Below are positions 48,247-58,888 of a DNA stretch of 64,000 bases, piece after piece (the first letter of the stretch is position 1; each line of letters starts with the position of its first letter). Made by a program: the position numbers and the translations under genes. The notes beneath the pieces are model-generated. The model searched no databases. It saw nothing but the letters and a program-made list of their open reading frames with translations, and was not told where the DNA came from. The stretch comes from an uncultured Haloferula sp. (lineage in GTDB: Bacteria; Verrucomicrobiota; Verrucomicrobiia; Verrucomicrobiales; Akkermansiaceae), in contig CBFGTS010000004.1 of assembly GCA_965652295.1 (NCBI GenBank), positions 160,001-224,000 on the forward strand. The letters are read 5' to 3'.

Positions 48247-49644
48247 ATGTCCGAAATTTCCGTAGAGCAGCTCGATCCGTCCGTTAAGTCACTCTATGAC
48301 AAGGCGCTTGCCGCCGTGCAGAAAAGCAACCCTGGCTATGCCGTGAAGCTCCTGCTTTCGGTGGTCAAGGATGCCCCCGGTTTCCTTGAGGGGCGTCAGA
48401 TGTTGCGCAAGTGCGAGGCGGCCGCCACCGGCGGTGCCAAGAAAAGATCCGGCGGCCTGTTTGGCATGAAGTCCGGCGGCGGCCTGGGCACGATGAAGCT
48501 TTCGTCCGCGGTGAAAAAGGATCCGCTCGCCGCGCTGCCCCAGATCGAAGCCGAACTGGAGACGGACCCCTACAACCCGGAGGTCAACGAGGTCCTTTTC
48601 AATGCTTTCTCAGCCCTCGGCTGGATCGACAGCGCCGCTTTCGCGCTGGAGACCGTGCGCAAGGGGCATCCGGAGCAGACGAAGCTGCTGCACAAGCTGG
48701 CCGATTTCTACCTGGCGAACAGCCGCAGCATGAACGCGGCCGAGGTCTACCGCGACATCATCAAGCAGGACCCGACCGACTCCGTGGCCATCAAGGGCGA
48801 GAAGGACTCCACCGCCCGCGCTTCCATGGAGAAGCAGAAGTGGAGCGAGAACGCCGAGATGAGGGATCTCATGCGGAACAAGGGTGAGTCCGAGGAGATG
48901 GAGAAGCAGGCCCGGACCGGCCTGACCCGCGAGCAGCTCGAAGAGCGCCGCGACGACCTGGCCACGAAGTATGCGGAGGATCAGAACAACCTCGGCGTGG
49001 TCAAGGAGCTCGCCAGCGTCTACGAGCGCTTGGAGGACTGGCCGAACGCGCAGAGTTTCTACGAGTGGGCCTTCGCCCTGAGCAGTGGCGACGTTGCCCT
49101 GCGTGCGAAAGCAGAGGCGATGGGCGACAAGTCCAAGGAGCTGGAAATGGCCGAACTCGAGCGCCGTGCGCAGGAGAATCCCGACGATCCGGAAGTGAAG
49201 GCGATGCTCGAGGAGCGCCGCCAGACGCGCATCAAAGAAGCCGTCGCCGACGCCACCCGGCGGGTGGAACAGAATCCGACCGATCCCGTCATGCGCTACG
49301 AGCTGGGCCGCGCGTTGTATGACGCCGGCGACTTCAGTGGCGCGATTCCCCAGCTTCAGCAGGCCAAGCGCAACCCCCACATCCAGTCGAAGGTGCTGCT
49401 CCTCCTCGGGCGCACGTTCAAGGCCAAGGGCATGCTCGACATGGGCGTGAAGCAGCTTGAATCCGCTTTGGAAGATCTCGTCTCCATGGACAACGTGAAG
49501 AAGGAAGTTCTCTACGAGAAAGGCCTGCTCCACGACGAGATGGGCGACAAGGAAGGTGCCATCGCTTGCTTCAAGGAAATTTACGAAGTGGACTACGGCT
49601 ACCGCGATGTCGCCCAGCGCGTCGAGTCGTCCTACACGAGCTGA
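48247..49644 (+). CDS. Tetratricopeptide repeat protein
   Basis: TPR-like helices and C-terminal IYEVDYGYRDV. Confidence 0.8.
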   Translation: MSEISVEQLDPSVKSLYDKALAAVQKSNPGYAVKLLLSVVKDAPGFLEGRQMLRKCEAAATGGAKKRSGGLFGMKSGGGLGTMKLSSAVKKDPLAALPQIEAELETDPYNPEVNEVLFNAFSALGWIDSAAFALETVRKGHPEQTKLLHKLADFYLANSRSMNAAEVYRDIIKQDPTDSVAIKGEKDSTARASMEKQKWSENAEMRDLMRNKGESEEMEKQARTGLTREQLEERRDDLATKYAEDQNNLGVVKELASVYERLEDWPNAQSFYEWAFALSSGDVALRAKAEAMGDKSKELEMAELERRAQENPDDPEVKAMLEERRQTRIKEAVADATRRVEQNPTDPVMRYELGRALYDAGDFSGAIPQLQQAKRNPHIQSKVLLLLGRTFKAKGMLDMGVKQLESALEDLVSMDNVKKEVLYEKGLLHDEMGDKEGAIACFKEIYEVDYGYRDVAQRVESSYTS

Positions 49645-49676
49645 GAGACGTCTTCTAAGAGAAGAGCTGGTTTTCC

Positions 49677-49711
49677 GCCCGTCTTCCCTCACTGGAAGGC
49701 GGGCTTTTTTT
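49677..49711 (+). terminator. Rho-independent terminator
   Basis: GCCCGTCTTCC/GGAAGGCGGGC stem followed by T7. Confidence 0.85.
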
Positions 49712-49719
49712 GCCTGCGG

Positions 49720-50787
49720 TCAGTTCGGCAGGCTCTGGCGGACGATTTCCTCGAAGCTGCGCTCCCCCAGCACCCAATCGTCGGCCACGGCTTCAGCGAT
49801 GAGCCACTGCCGCGGGTCGTCACAAGTGTCCTCGTGGCGGATGCGCAGCGTCATGCGGAAGGGCACCTTCTCGAGAAGCTTGGGGTTCTCGACGTGGCTG
49901 GCAGCCATCAGCTCGTCGAGATGGAGGCGGTTGCGTGCCTCCACGCGCTCCATGGCGGTGGCGGTGATGCCGTCCTTGGGGCAGTAGGCAAGGAGCGTTT
50001 CCTGGTCTGTGTCGCCGAAGTGCAGGGAAAAACACAACCATCTGGCGTTGTCGGCGTAGTGGCCGTTGAAATAGCGGCCCCGTGAGGCCACGACCCGCAC
50101 CAGCCCTTCCTTGGCATGACCGGCGAGGAGTTCGGCGGCGGGAGGTTCGCAGTAGCGGGCGAAGGCATCGAAGTCCACCTCCCACCGATCGCCGTCGTCC
50201 GGGGTGAGAGCGATCATCCGCATATCGTTCCTGCCGAAACGGAGGTAGAGGCGGTCGATGGGGGCAACCTGGCTTTGCCCGGCTCCCAGCCAGGCGGGCT
50301 CCGGCAGAGGCTGGTGAGCCTTGCGGAGCTCGGCGAGCATTTGCAGGGCATCCGCGGGAGAGATCAGGCCGGGACGGATGAGGAGCCGGACGTCCTCCTC
50401 CCGAGTGGCGTTCAACAGCCGCCGGGAGATGTCCGTCCCCCGGGCCGCGGAGATCCTCGGGGTGAGCGTCGGGCCGACATCCACGGCAGTGCCGACCAGT
50501 GGGGGGAGCTCTGGTCCGCGTTTCTGGGCGATCAAGGTCCACACGATGCCCCCCAGGACCGCCAGGCCGGTCACCGAGCAAACGGCGATGCCCCACCGCT
50601 GGAGTACCGTCGAACGGGCCGGGCGGTGTTTTCTCCCGCGCGAGCGGTGCCGCCGCCGGGCTTCGTAGGTCTGCCGTTCGCCGACTCCAAGAGGGGGGAG
50701 CTGCTCCGCTTCCTTTGGATTCCCCGCCACCCGGTGCTCGATCGCATGTTTCTTGGGGCTCGGCTTCGGGGGGGGCAGGGGGCTCAT
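49720..50787 (-). CDS. Hypothetical membrane-anchored protein
   Basis: Single TM helix; co-oriented 3 nt after the lipoprotein gene. Confidence 0.7.
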   Translation of the reverse strand: MSPLPPPKPSPKKHAIEHRVAGNPKEAEQLPPLGVGERQTYEARRRHRSRGRKHRPARSTVLQRWGIAVCSVTGLAVLGGIVWTLIAQKRGPELPPLVGTAVDVGPTLTPRISAARGTDISRRLLNATREEDVRLLIRPGLISPADALQMLAELRKAHQPLPEPAWLGAGQSQVAPIDRLYLRFGRNDMRMIALTPDDGDRWEVDFDAFARYCEPPAAELLAGHAKEGLVRVVASRGRYFNGHYADNARWLCFSLHFGDTDQETLLAYCPKDGITATAMERVEARNRLHLDELMAASHVENPKLLEKVPFRMTLRIRHEDTCDDPRQWLIAEAVADDWVLGERSFEEIVRQSLPN

Positions 50788-50790
50788 GGG

Positions 50791-51285
50791 TCAGCGGGGG
50801 TGGAGGGTGATCCGGGTCGAATCGTAGCGGTCGTCCGGCCGGAACAGCCAGCCGGGCTGGCGGTCGAGGACCTCGTAGCCGGTCAGCATGAACTCCGGCA
50901 GGACCTGATTGCTGTTGGGGTCGTAGGCCTTTTTGCCGGTGAAATAGCCGCGCAGCTTGTATTCGTGGTTCTGGTCGAAGCCGTAGGTACGGCCTGCGCC
51001 GGCCTCGGGGAGGCGGTCCGGGGCGAGCTTCTTGTCCTCGCGCAGGATCACCAGCTGCGCCCGGTTCCACGATTCGCGCGGGCGGCGCACGTAGCCCCAG
51101 AAGCGGGTTTTCTGCACATAGTAACGTCGCCCGATGAAGTAGTCGCCCTTGGATTCCGAGGCGATCGCCGCTTTCCGCTCCTCGACGGTCGGGCCACCCA
51201 TGTTGCCGCTGCCGAGCGAGCCGGCGCACTGGCAGAGGATCATGGGAGCGAGCACGAGGGAAAGACGGGCGAGGATACGGATCAT
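50791..51285 (-). CDS. Hypothetical lipoprotein
   Basis: Signal with LCQC; conserved-looking FIGRRY..RFWGYVR. Confidence 0.72.
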   Translation of the reverse strand: MIRILARLSLVLAPMILCQCAGSLGSGNMGGPTVEERKAAIASESKGDYFIGRRYYVQKTRFWGYVRRPRESWNRAQLVILREDKKLAPDRLPEAGAGRTYGFDQNHEYKLRGYFTGKKAYDPNSNQVLPEFMLTGYEVLDRQPGWLFRPDDRYDSTRITLHPR

Positions 51286-51446
51286 GTGGTTTAAAAACTA
51301 GAGGGACCGCCTTGCGCGGAGCAAGTGTGAATCAGGTAATGCCGGCGATGGCCGCGCGGACGGAAATGCCGCTTGCAACCCCGGGAGGGCGGGGGTAGGA
51401 CGCCGCTCCGCACGACGCCAAAAGGGCGTCCGACGTTGTCCTATTC

Positions 51447-51920
51447 ATGAAGCTTGCATCCCTTCTGACCCCCGATCAGGTCATTCTGGACATGCGCTCC
51501 GAGGAGCACCTGCCGGCCATCGGGGAGTTGGTGGACCATCTCGTGACCCTTGGCAGGCTGTCTGAAAACCTGCGGGACGAGGTCGTGGCGGCCCTGAACG
51601 CCCGCGAGGAGCAGGTCAGCACCGGTATCGGTTACGGCGTCGCCATCCCCCACGCTTTCTCGGAGAAAATCGAGGAAGTCGTTGCCGTCTTCGGTCGTTC
51701 GAAGAAGGGGATCGACTTCGAGGCGCTGGACAATGGTCCGGTGCGTTTCGTGATCCTTTTCATCGTGCCGAAGAAGGACTACCAGCTCCATCTGCGCACC
51801 CTGGCGGCGATCGCCAAGATGTTCACCAACTGCGAGATCCGCAAGCAGCTCTCCGCTGCGGAGAGCCGGACGGAGATTCTCGATATTTTGGCTGGCAAGG
51901 CGTCGGGGAACGCGGCGTGA
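51447..51920 (+). CDS. PTS EIIA (Ntr/fructose-type) protein
   Basis: RE...STGIG.GVAIPHA and GIDF.ALD..PV motifs. Confidence 0.9.
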   Translation: MKLASLLTPDQVILDMRSEEHLPAIGELVDHLVTLGRLSENLRDEVVAALNAREEQVSTGIGYGVAIPHAFSEKIEEVVAVFGRSKKGIDFEALDNGPVRFVILFIVPKKDYQLHLRTLAAIAKMFTNCEIRKQLSAAESRTEILDILAGKASGNAA

Positions 51921-53674
51921 CTTCCCGCATGACCTTGCAGCGCCAGATCGAGTCCGCCCTCGCGGACGCGTTTGAGAAAGTTCTCGGAGAGAAAATCGAG
52001 GCACCCGTGGTGGCCTCCGCCGACCTTCGCTTCGGCGATTATCAGAGCAATGCCGCGATGGCGCTGGCCAAGAGCCGCCGGACCAATCCGCGCGAGCTGG
52101 CAACCAAGGTGGTGGAAGCTCTCGACCTCGCCGGGATCGGTACCGCCGACATCGCCGGGCCCGGTTTCATCAACATCCGGGTGACCCCGGAAAAATTCGC
52201 CGCCCACGCCGCGGAGCTGCTCGCCGACGAGCGCCTCGGCGTCCCCGCCAGCGGCGATGGCCGCACGGTGGTGATCGATTTTTCCGCCCCGAACGTGGCC
52301 AAACCGATGCACGTCGGCCACATCCGCTCGACGATCATCGGAGACGCACTCGCCCGCATCTCGCGGTTTCTCGGTTACGAGGTCATCACCGACAACCACA
52401 TCGGCGACTGGGGCACGCAGTTCGGCATGATTCTCCACGGCTGGAAGACGATCCTCAACGAGGACGTGCTGGAGGCCGACCCGATTCTCGAATTGCTGCG
52501 GGTCTACCGCGAGGTCAACGCCGCCGCGAAGGCCGATCCGGCGGTGATGGACCTGTGCCGCGGCGAACTGGTCAAGCTCCAGGCCGGGGACCAGGAGAAC
52601 CTCGCCATCTGGCAGCGCTGTGTGGAGCTCTCGAAGCAGGGCTTGCAGAAGATCTACGACCGTTTGGACGTCCGCTTCGACCACTGGCTCGGCGAGAGTT
52701 TCTACAACGAGCGGCTCGGCGGCCTGGTGGAGGAATTCCTGGAAAAGGGCTTGGCGCGCGAGAGCGATGGCGCGGTGTGCGTGTTTGCCAGTGGCGAGCT
52801 GCCGGACGAGCAGGACCCGTTCCGCGTCCACAACAAGGAGGGCTGGGCGGACAACCCCGCGATCATCCGCAAAGCCGACGGCGGTTTCCTCTACGCCACG
52901 ACCGACCTCGCCACGGTCGAATACCGGATCGACGAATGGAAGGCCGACGCCATCTGGTATGTCGTCGGGCTGCCGCAGCAGCTCCACTTCCGCCAGATCT
53001 TCGACGCCTGCCGCCGCTGGGGGAAAACCGGGGATTTCCAGCACGTCGGTTTCGGCTCGATCCTCGGCGAGGACCGCAAGCTGATGAAAACGCGCTCGGG
53101 CGACAACGTCGGCCTGATCGAAGTGCTCGATGAAGCCGTGGAGCGGGCGATGAAGGTCATCGCCGAGAAGAACCCCGAACTGCCGGCCGACGAAGCCGCG
53201 GCGATCGCCGAAACGGTGGGCATCGGCGCGGTGAAGTTCGCCGAGCTTTCCCAGAACCGGCTCAGCGACTACGTGTTCGCCTGGGACCGGATGCTCGCGC
53301 TGCAAGGGGACACGGCTCCCTACCTGCAGAACAGCTTTGTCCGCATCCGCTCGATTTTCCGGAAACTGGACGGGGAGTTCGATCCCTCCGGCGTGGCTCT
53401 CACCCTGGAAGAGGAGCGCGAGGTCAACCTGGCCCGCCTGCTGGTGCGCTATGGTGAGGTGGTGCCTACGGTGCTCGACGACCACCGGCCGAACCTGCTG
53501 GCGAACTACCTGCTCGAAGTGGCGCGCGCTTTCCACTCGTTTTACGAAGCCTGCCCGGTGCTGAAGGTGGACGAGCCGCTGCGCTCCAGCCGCTTGGCGC
53601 TGTGCGAGCTGAGCTCGCGCGTCCTCGAGCACGGCCTCGGTCTCCTCGGCATCCGCTGCCCGGAGAGGATGTGA
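51917..53674 (+). CDS. argS: Arginine--tRNA ligase
   Basis: FGDYQSN, AGPGFIN, PNVAKPMHVGHIRS, GDWGTQFG and MKTRSG motifs. Confidence 0.96.
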   Translation: MTSRMTLQRQIESALADAFEKVLGEKIEAPVVASADLRFGDYQSNAAMALAKSRRTNPRELATKVVEALDLAGIGTADIAGPGFINIRVTPEKFAAHAAELLADERLGVPASGDGRTVVIDFSAPNVAKPMHVGHIRSTIIGDALARISRFLGYEVITDNHIGDWGTQFGMILHGWKTILNEDVLEADPILELLRVYREVNAAAKADPAVMDLCRGELVKLQAGDQENLAIWQRCVELSKQGLQKIYDRLDVRFDHWLGESFYNERLGGLVEEFLEKGLARESDGAVCVFASGELPDEQDPFRVHNKEGWADNPAIIRKADGGFLYATTDLATVEYRIDEWKADAIWYVVGLPQQLHFRQIFDACRRWGKTGDFQHVGFGSILGEDRKLMKTRSGDNVGLIEVLDEAVERAMKVIAEKNPELPADEAAAIAETVGIGAVKFAELSQNRLSDYVFAWDRMLALQGDTAPYLQNSFVRIRSIFRKLDGEFDPSGVALTLEEEREVNLARLLVRYGEVVPTVLDDHRPNLLANYLLEVARAFHSFYEACPVLKVDEPLRSSRLALCELSSRVLEHGLGLLGIRCPERM

Positions 53675-53876
53675 TCGCCACGATCGCCCTTGATGTTGCC
53701 CGCTTCTCCAGATGTCGGCATCGACCCTTTAAAATCTGCGGCCGTTTGCGTTCATCCGTGGTTTACCTCATCCGCCTTCCCGACACGCTTGAGCCTTGGT
53801 TCAGATGGCTCTGAGTGATTTCCCGGAAGGCGGGCTTGCGGGTCGGACGGATCGCTTCTAACGCTTGAGGGAAAGC

Positions 53877-55571
53877 ATGCAGGACGAACGGCCCCGGATT
53901 CCATTTTACGTCATCGGTCACCGCAATCCGGATACCGATGCGATCTGCTCCGCCATCGGCCAGGCCGAGCTGTTGCGGGAAACCGGCACCCCCGAGGCCG
54001 TGGCCGCCCGTTGCGGCGTGGTGCCGCAGCGGACCGCCTGGGTGCTTGAGCAGGCCGGCGTGCCGGAGCCCGAACTGGTCACTGACGTCCGCATCACCGC
54101 CGGCATGATCTGCCGCCGCCATGTGGTCTCCGCGCACGAGGACGATACTTTCCTGCGTGCCTACCGCAGCATGCTTTCCCAAGGAGTCCGCTGCGTGCCG
54201 GTGGTGGACGCGGAGAGAGCGGGCGAGGTGGTGGGCATGCTCCGTTACCTCGATCTGCTGGAGCTGCTGCTGCCGGGCGATGGCTCCAACATGGTCGTCC
54301 GGACCGTCCATGTCTCCATCGCCAAGATCGCCGCCACCCTTCAAGCGGAGTCGGTGGGCGCGCCGTTTCCCCAGGAAAACGGCTCCGAGGATCTCATCAT
54401 GCTCGTCGGTGCCTCGTCGCAGGCCACCGTCAATTCACGCCTCAAGACCGCGACCAAGGAGGGCACCGTGAACCGCTACCTCGTCATCTGCGGCGACCGG
54501 CCGGTGGTGCAGCACTACGCCATCGAGAACGGAGCGCGGATGCTGATCGTCACCGGCGGAAACACCGTCGATCCCGACCTGTGCAAGCTGGCGAAGGAAC
54601 GCGGTGTGGTGGTGCTCCAGTGCCCGCAGGACACCGCCAGCACCACCACCCTGATCCGCTGCTCACGCACGGTGGCGCAGGTGATGGAAACGGACTTCGC
54701 CACCATCAATGACGACGAGCCGGTTTCCCCGTTGCGGAAATCCATGGCCGCCCTCGATCAGGAGCTTTTCCCCGTGATCGATGCCGCCGGCCAGATGGTC
54801 GGCGTGATTTCCAAATCCGACCTCGTCGATCCTCCGCGGGTCCGCGTGGCGTTGGTCGATCACAATGAGTTCGCCCAGGCCGTGCGCGGGGTGGAGGAAG
54901 CCCACGTGGTGGAGGTGACCGATCACCACCGCCTGGCGGGCGACCTCGTGTCCCGCGAGCCGATCCGCTTCCTCAACGAGCCGGTGGGCTCGACCTGCAC
55001 GCTGGTCGCGCGGAAGTTCGTCCACCGGAGTCTCGAACCGACTTCGGGAACGGCGATGTGCCTGTGCGCCGGGATTATTTCCGACACCCTCTGCCTGACC
55101 TCCCCGACCACCACGCAGCTCGACCGCGAGATGCTGGGCTGGCTGGGAAAGATCGCAGGCATGGACCCGGAGAAGTTCACCAAGGATTTCTTCGCCGTGG
55201 GTTCGCTGCTCAGCTCGGGTTCGATCGACGAGGTGCTGAACACCGACCGCAAGGAATTCGAGGAAAGCGGCGCGAAGGTGACCATCGCCCAGATCGAGGA
55301 ACTGGGCCTGCAAGCCTTCCGCAGCCGTCGCGAGGAGCTGGAAGAGGGGCTGAAGGCATTGGTGAGGGACAGCGGATACGATCTGGCGGTCCTTGCCGTC
55401 ACCGATATCGCCAAGCACCGCAGCCTCATCCTCGTCGCCGGCAATGAGCGGATGATCGCCGCGCTGCCCTTCGAACGTCTCGACGCCACCCTCTACGACG
55501 CCCCGGGCGTGGTGAGCCGAAAGAAGCAGATTTTCCCCGCCGTCGGCCAGGCGGTGCAAAGTGCCGGGTGA
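53877..55571 (+). CDS. Mn-dependent inorganic pyrophosphatase with CBS/DRTGG insert
   Basis: GHRNPDTDAICS, LVDHNE, DHH, VGSTCT, IISDT and VVSRKKQ motifs. Confidence 0.92.
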   Translation: MQDERPRIPFYVIGHRNPDTDAICSAIGQAELLRETGTPEAVAARCGVVPQRTAWVLEQAGVPEPELVTDVRITAGMICRRHVVSAHEDDTFLRAYRSMLSQGVRCVPVVDAERAGEVVGMLRYLDLLELLLPGDGSNMVVRTVHVSIAKIAATLQAESVGAPFPQENGSEDLIMLVGASSQATVNSRLKTATKEGTVNRYLVICGDRPVVQHYAIENGARMLIVTGGNTVDPDLCKLAKERGVVVLQCPQDTASTTTLIRCSRTVAQVMETDFATINDDEPVSPLRKSMAALDQELFPVIDAAGQMVGVISKSDLVDPPRVRVALVDHNEFAQAVRGVEEAHVVEVTDHHRLAGDLVSREPIRFLNEPVGSTCTLVARKFVHRSLEPTSGTAMCLCAGIISDTLCLTSPTTTQLDREMLGWLGKIAGMDPEKFTKDFFAVGSLLSSGSIDEVLNTDRKEFEESGAKVTIAQIEELGLQAFRSRREELEEGLKALVRDSGYDLAVLAVTDIAKHRSLILVAGNERMIAALPFERLDATLYDAPGVVSRKKQIFPAVGQAVQSAG

Positions 55572-55581
55572 GGTTCCGAAA

Positions 55582-55619
55582 GGAGCGCCGATTGTGAAAT
55601 CGGCATCGCCTCTCCCCAC
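55582..55619. repeat. REP-like palindrome, left boundary of the low-GC island
   Basis: Inverted copy of 59464-59501 (35/38 identical). Confidence 0.75.
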
Positions 55620-55737
55620 AGCATGTTCCATTGTCGATAGGCAGCTTTGGAGTCGGCGTTTCCGTTTGCAGGATTCCGGGATTCCGGCAGCGCCTCGTCC
55701 GGTCGTGTCAAGGCACAGCGGGCCGGACAGCCGTTCA

Positions 55738-56208
55738 CTAAGCTCCACGACCCGGTCGAGAGCGCGGGTGGTTGGAATCGCCCCAGAAACGGGTCAGAAT
55801 CGCCAAAAGAATCAGTGAGACCGAGCCGAGGAGGGAGAGGCCAAGAATCCAAGTTCCATAAATCCCGCTGCATTCCTGAAAAACGGTATGACTGAAATCA
55901 TGACCCCGGCCTCCAACGGCACGGACAGTGTAAATCGGCCCGAGTAACACTGTGAGCCATAGCCACCAGATCAGACGCTTCCGAAGAAACAGCAGCATGA
56001 TGAAGATGGATGAAAGGAGGAGCGTGTAAACCGGACCAACAACCTGTTCTCCCAGAAGTTGAGAATGAACGCTCGCTGAATATGGCTGCTGGAACTCAAC
56101 GAAGAAATTCTGTGCGCCAATAGTGGGCAGCACGATGCTCGCGGTCGCCGATGCGACGACGAGCAATCCGAGGCAAATCTTTAGAAAGCGATGCGGTTGT
56201 GAATGCAT
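55738..56208 (-). CDS. Hypothetical membrane protein (lower GC)
   Basis: Several hydrophobic segments; start and end uncertain. Confidence 0.5.
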   Translation of the reverse strand: MHSQPHRFLKICLGLLVVASATASIVLPTIGAQNFFVEFQQPYSASVHSQLLGEQVVGPVYTLLLSSIFIMLLFLRKRLIWWLWLTVLLGPIYTVRAVGGRGHDFSHTVFQECSGIYGTWILGLSLLGSVSLILLAILTRFWGDSNHPRSRPGRGA

Positions 56209-56545
56209 TGGGATGTAATGACGAACCTCATAGCACATCAATCGCCTGAGGGAAGTCGAACATTGGCTGGTGATCGAGGGCGCTCATCATGGTGAGCATT
56301 GAACTCGGATCGGGTGGTGACGTCCTCCCGGAAAATGACCCGAGGGGAAGCTTACAGTGGGTTGCTGGGAATGGGAGCGGCGGAACGTGTCCGCCGGGAA
56401 TGGTTTCTGAGAGCGATCTCCTCGCTGTCCTAGCCATCCGGAACCAGCGGGGCGGAGGACGAAATGATCAAAATCTAGGACCCCGATCAGGGTGGTAGGG
56501 GGCCGGTCAGCGAACTACTCCCCGGGACCCGATTTGCCTCCTGCT

Positions 56546-57025
56546 TTATTGGATTGGTTCGGGAATGCAAATATTCGCGACTTCGAGGACGACTTGCTTC
56601 ACTGCGTCGTAATAGTCCTTTACGCGAATGTAGGTAATTCCGGTATTGCGTCCGTGGGCGATACCATTTCTCAGGTTGACCACACTATCTACTGCGGTCT
56701 TGAACTCATCTTGAAGAAAGTCCTCTGCAGCAGTTCGCCATTGGGGATCGAACGAGCCGAGCAACTGAAGCAGCTTCTCTGCATTAGCGTTGGTAAAGTT
56801 CGAGGTCTTCGAATCGACGAATCGTTGAAGGGTCGGTGCCCCACTGCGGCGGGAGTGTTCGAGAAGAAGCTCGGCGATCGCCGTCTCAAGAAAACCTGAA
56901 ACCAGGACACAAAGATACCGAGCGAAATCGGAGCGAATCTCAGCATCAGCGGGAAGAGCATCAACCCTCGCGAAAACTGCATCGAGTCGTTGTTGCTCGC
57001 GGGTCACGGCAGCGCGTCCAGTCAT
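56546..57025 (-). CDS. HEPN domain protein (RiboL-PSP/MAE_28990-like), putative RNase
   Basis: RNGIAH RxxxxH motif and LVSGFLE; 2 nt after the DUF262 gene. Confidence 0.8.
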   Translation of the reverse strand: MTGRAAVTREQQRLDAVFARVDALPADAEIRSDFARYLCVLVSGFLETAIAELLLEHSRRSGAPTLQRFVDSKTSNFTNANAEKLLQLLGSFDPQWRTAAEDFLQDEFKTAVDSVVNLRNGIAHGRNTGITYIRVKDYYDAVKQVVLEVANICIPEPIQ

Positions 57026-57027
57026 AC

Positions 57028-58113
57028 TCAGGGTTTAAATTTAGCCGTCGCAATCTCAATTCTCCGCCTCACCTTCGGCTCTTGGGAGGTTCCGGTGGTG
57101 ATCGCTGATCTGTAATCGTCATCTGCGAGTAATTCAGCATGGCGTGCCCGAAGATCGATGGCATCTAGATCGTGGCCCTCAAGCAAATTGCTCGCGATGC
57201 CGACCATGATTGAATCCACGGCGGCAGCATTGACTGCTCTAGTTGGGCGGAAAGCGTCCTCCCCGATTCCAGTCCTGATCAGCCGAGCCGTGTCCTCAAA
57301 GACTGCTGTAATGTCTGCGTCCGATTGACGTCCAAGAGCGCGATTGGTTGCCATGTAGCGATTCAAAAAATCCTTCATCGGTGCGGCGTAGCTTGTGTGG
57401 AAATAGTAGAGAGCGAAGAACCTAAGTATTAGTTCAACATCCTTAAGTCGCTTGGATCGTGGGCCTACGAGATTCCTCCAGTTCTCGTTCTCGTTAAGTT
57501 GACGAAGCAGTCGGGCAAAGTCCCCATGGTAAAGAGCCATTCGAATCTCCTGGGGCTGCAAACTGATGCCGCCCGTATTTAAGCGTTCGAAGATTATGTA
57601 GATGCTGCTCTGGTCCTCGTCCGGCTGATCCTGCCTCGTAACTGTTGCGTGAACAATGCTGTCATCTAGCCGTCGTCGATCCTCAGTGTCGAGATCCTGA
57701 TAACGACGCCCCTCAAACCGTTCTTGGACGCCAGTCAGTTGATACTCTCGCCCGGCTATCACGCCGTCGTAGAAGGAACGAAGGGTGAATAGACGCTGGT
57801 GACCGTCTAGTACAAGAAATCGACCATCTGCTTCCTTGACCAAGAAAATCCCTGGCACAGGAAGTCCGAGCAGCAACGACTCAATAAATCGATCTGCCTT
57901 CGATCGTGTCCATACATATTCCCGCTGGAAGGGGTCAACTTCGTCGGCCAAATCGTCTTCGTGCTCAAAGGTCGGCACCAGAACGTCTCCATTGCGGACC
58001 TTTCTTACCAGCGACTCAACTGGATAGTCTGCTCCGTAAGATGTGATCGAATAGGTGAAGGGAATCACTTCTCGAGCTTCATCGAGCTCATCGTGGATAT
58101 CGTCTTCTGACAT
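57028..58113 (-). CDS. DUF262 (GmrS/ParB-like) domain protein
   Basis: FQREYVW, FIESLLLGLPVP, DGHQR and FERLNTGG motifs. Confidence 0.88.
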   Translation of the reverse strand: MSEDDIHDELDEAREVIPFTYSITSYGADYPVESLVRKVRNGDVLVPTFEHEDDLADEVDPFQREYVWTRSKADRFIESLLLGLPVPGIFLVKEADGRFLVLDGHQRLFTLRSFYDGVIAGREYQLTGVQERFEGRRYQDLDTEDRRRLDDSIVHATVTRQDQPDEDQSSIYIIFERLNTGGISLQPQEIRMALYHGDFARLLRQLNENENWRNLVGPRSKRLKDVELILRFFALYYFHTSYAAPMKDFLNRYMATNRALGRQSDADITAVFEDTARLIRTGIGEDAFRPTRAVNAAAVDSIMVGIASNLLEGHDLDAIDLRARHAELLADDDYRSAITTGTSQEPKVRRRIEIATAKFKP

Positions 58114-58135
58114 GGTGTAGTGATTTTGTTTTCTG

Positions 58136-58224
58136 GTAAATGTCTAGCTTATCCACAGCGGCGAGGAAAGCCTAAATTCAAACTGATGCGCGTTGCCCGC
58201 CGTTGGATGGAGCGGCTTGATGGG
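58136..58224 (-). mobile_element. Degenerate integron attC-like site
   Basis: Minus strand GCTCCATCCAACGGCGGG...CTCGCCGCTGTGGATAAGC imperfect inverted repeat with extrahelical bases. The AAC/GTT cores are degenerate (ATC/ATT). It ends about 20 nt before the DUF262 ATG. Confidence 0.5.
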
Positions 58225-58291
58225 GGGGTGGACGTTGAGGATTCGCACCCCTGCCTGCGGCATTAACTACTCCTCGGGACCCGATTCGACT

Positions 58292-58888
58292 TCATTGGTT
58301 TCGATGTCGCATTGCCAAGCTGCCTAGTGCACCCAGAAAAAGAATGGCGACGACAGTGGGCTCTGGAACACGAGCGGCTTCAATGGCATCAGCGCCTTCT
58401 GCGACGGTGATTCTTCTTCCATCACTGTTTCCGCGGATATTGGATGCGGTAGTTCCAGTATTGGTCGTGGCAATTGCGACTAGCCAGCCAGAGCCGTCGG
58501 GTTCGAAGTGGAACTGAGCAATAGATTCAAAGGGCTGAAAGAATCCTTCGCCGAACTTCAGATAAGAATAATTCTGGCTGCCGACCATCGCGTCGCCCAT
58601 GAATCCCAAGGGATTATGGTAGAGTACATTGCCGGTGCGACCCGAAGGAATGAGAGTTGCATCTGATCGATAAAAGAATGGATCTCCGAATCCTCCCGCA
58701 ACCGAAAGGTTCACGCCTCCTCCGGTTGCGATATATAATCCTCCAGATCCTGGTCCGACGGACAATGGAGTGGGGTTCGGATTAGTATCGTTTGGAGAGT
58801 CAACGCCGAAGAAATAAACTGTGATTGCTGCAGATGCTGAGAGGCTCGATCCAAGCAGCCCAATCAAGGTTGGTATTGCGGGTTTCAT
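58292..58888 (-). CDS. PEP-CTERM sorting domain protein
   Basis: Signal peptide; C-terminal VPEP, TM helix and basic tail. Confidence 0.85.
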   Translation of the reverse strand: MKPAIPTLIGLLGSSLSASAAITVYFFGVDSPNDTNPNPTPLSVGPGSGGLYIATGGGVNLSVAGGFGDPFFYRSDATLIPSGRTGNVLYHNPLGFMGDAMVGSQNYSYLKFGEGFFQPFESIAQFHFEPDGSGWLVAIATTNTGTTASNIRGNSDGRRITVAEGADAIEAARVPEPTVVAILFLGALGSLAMRHRNQ

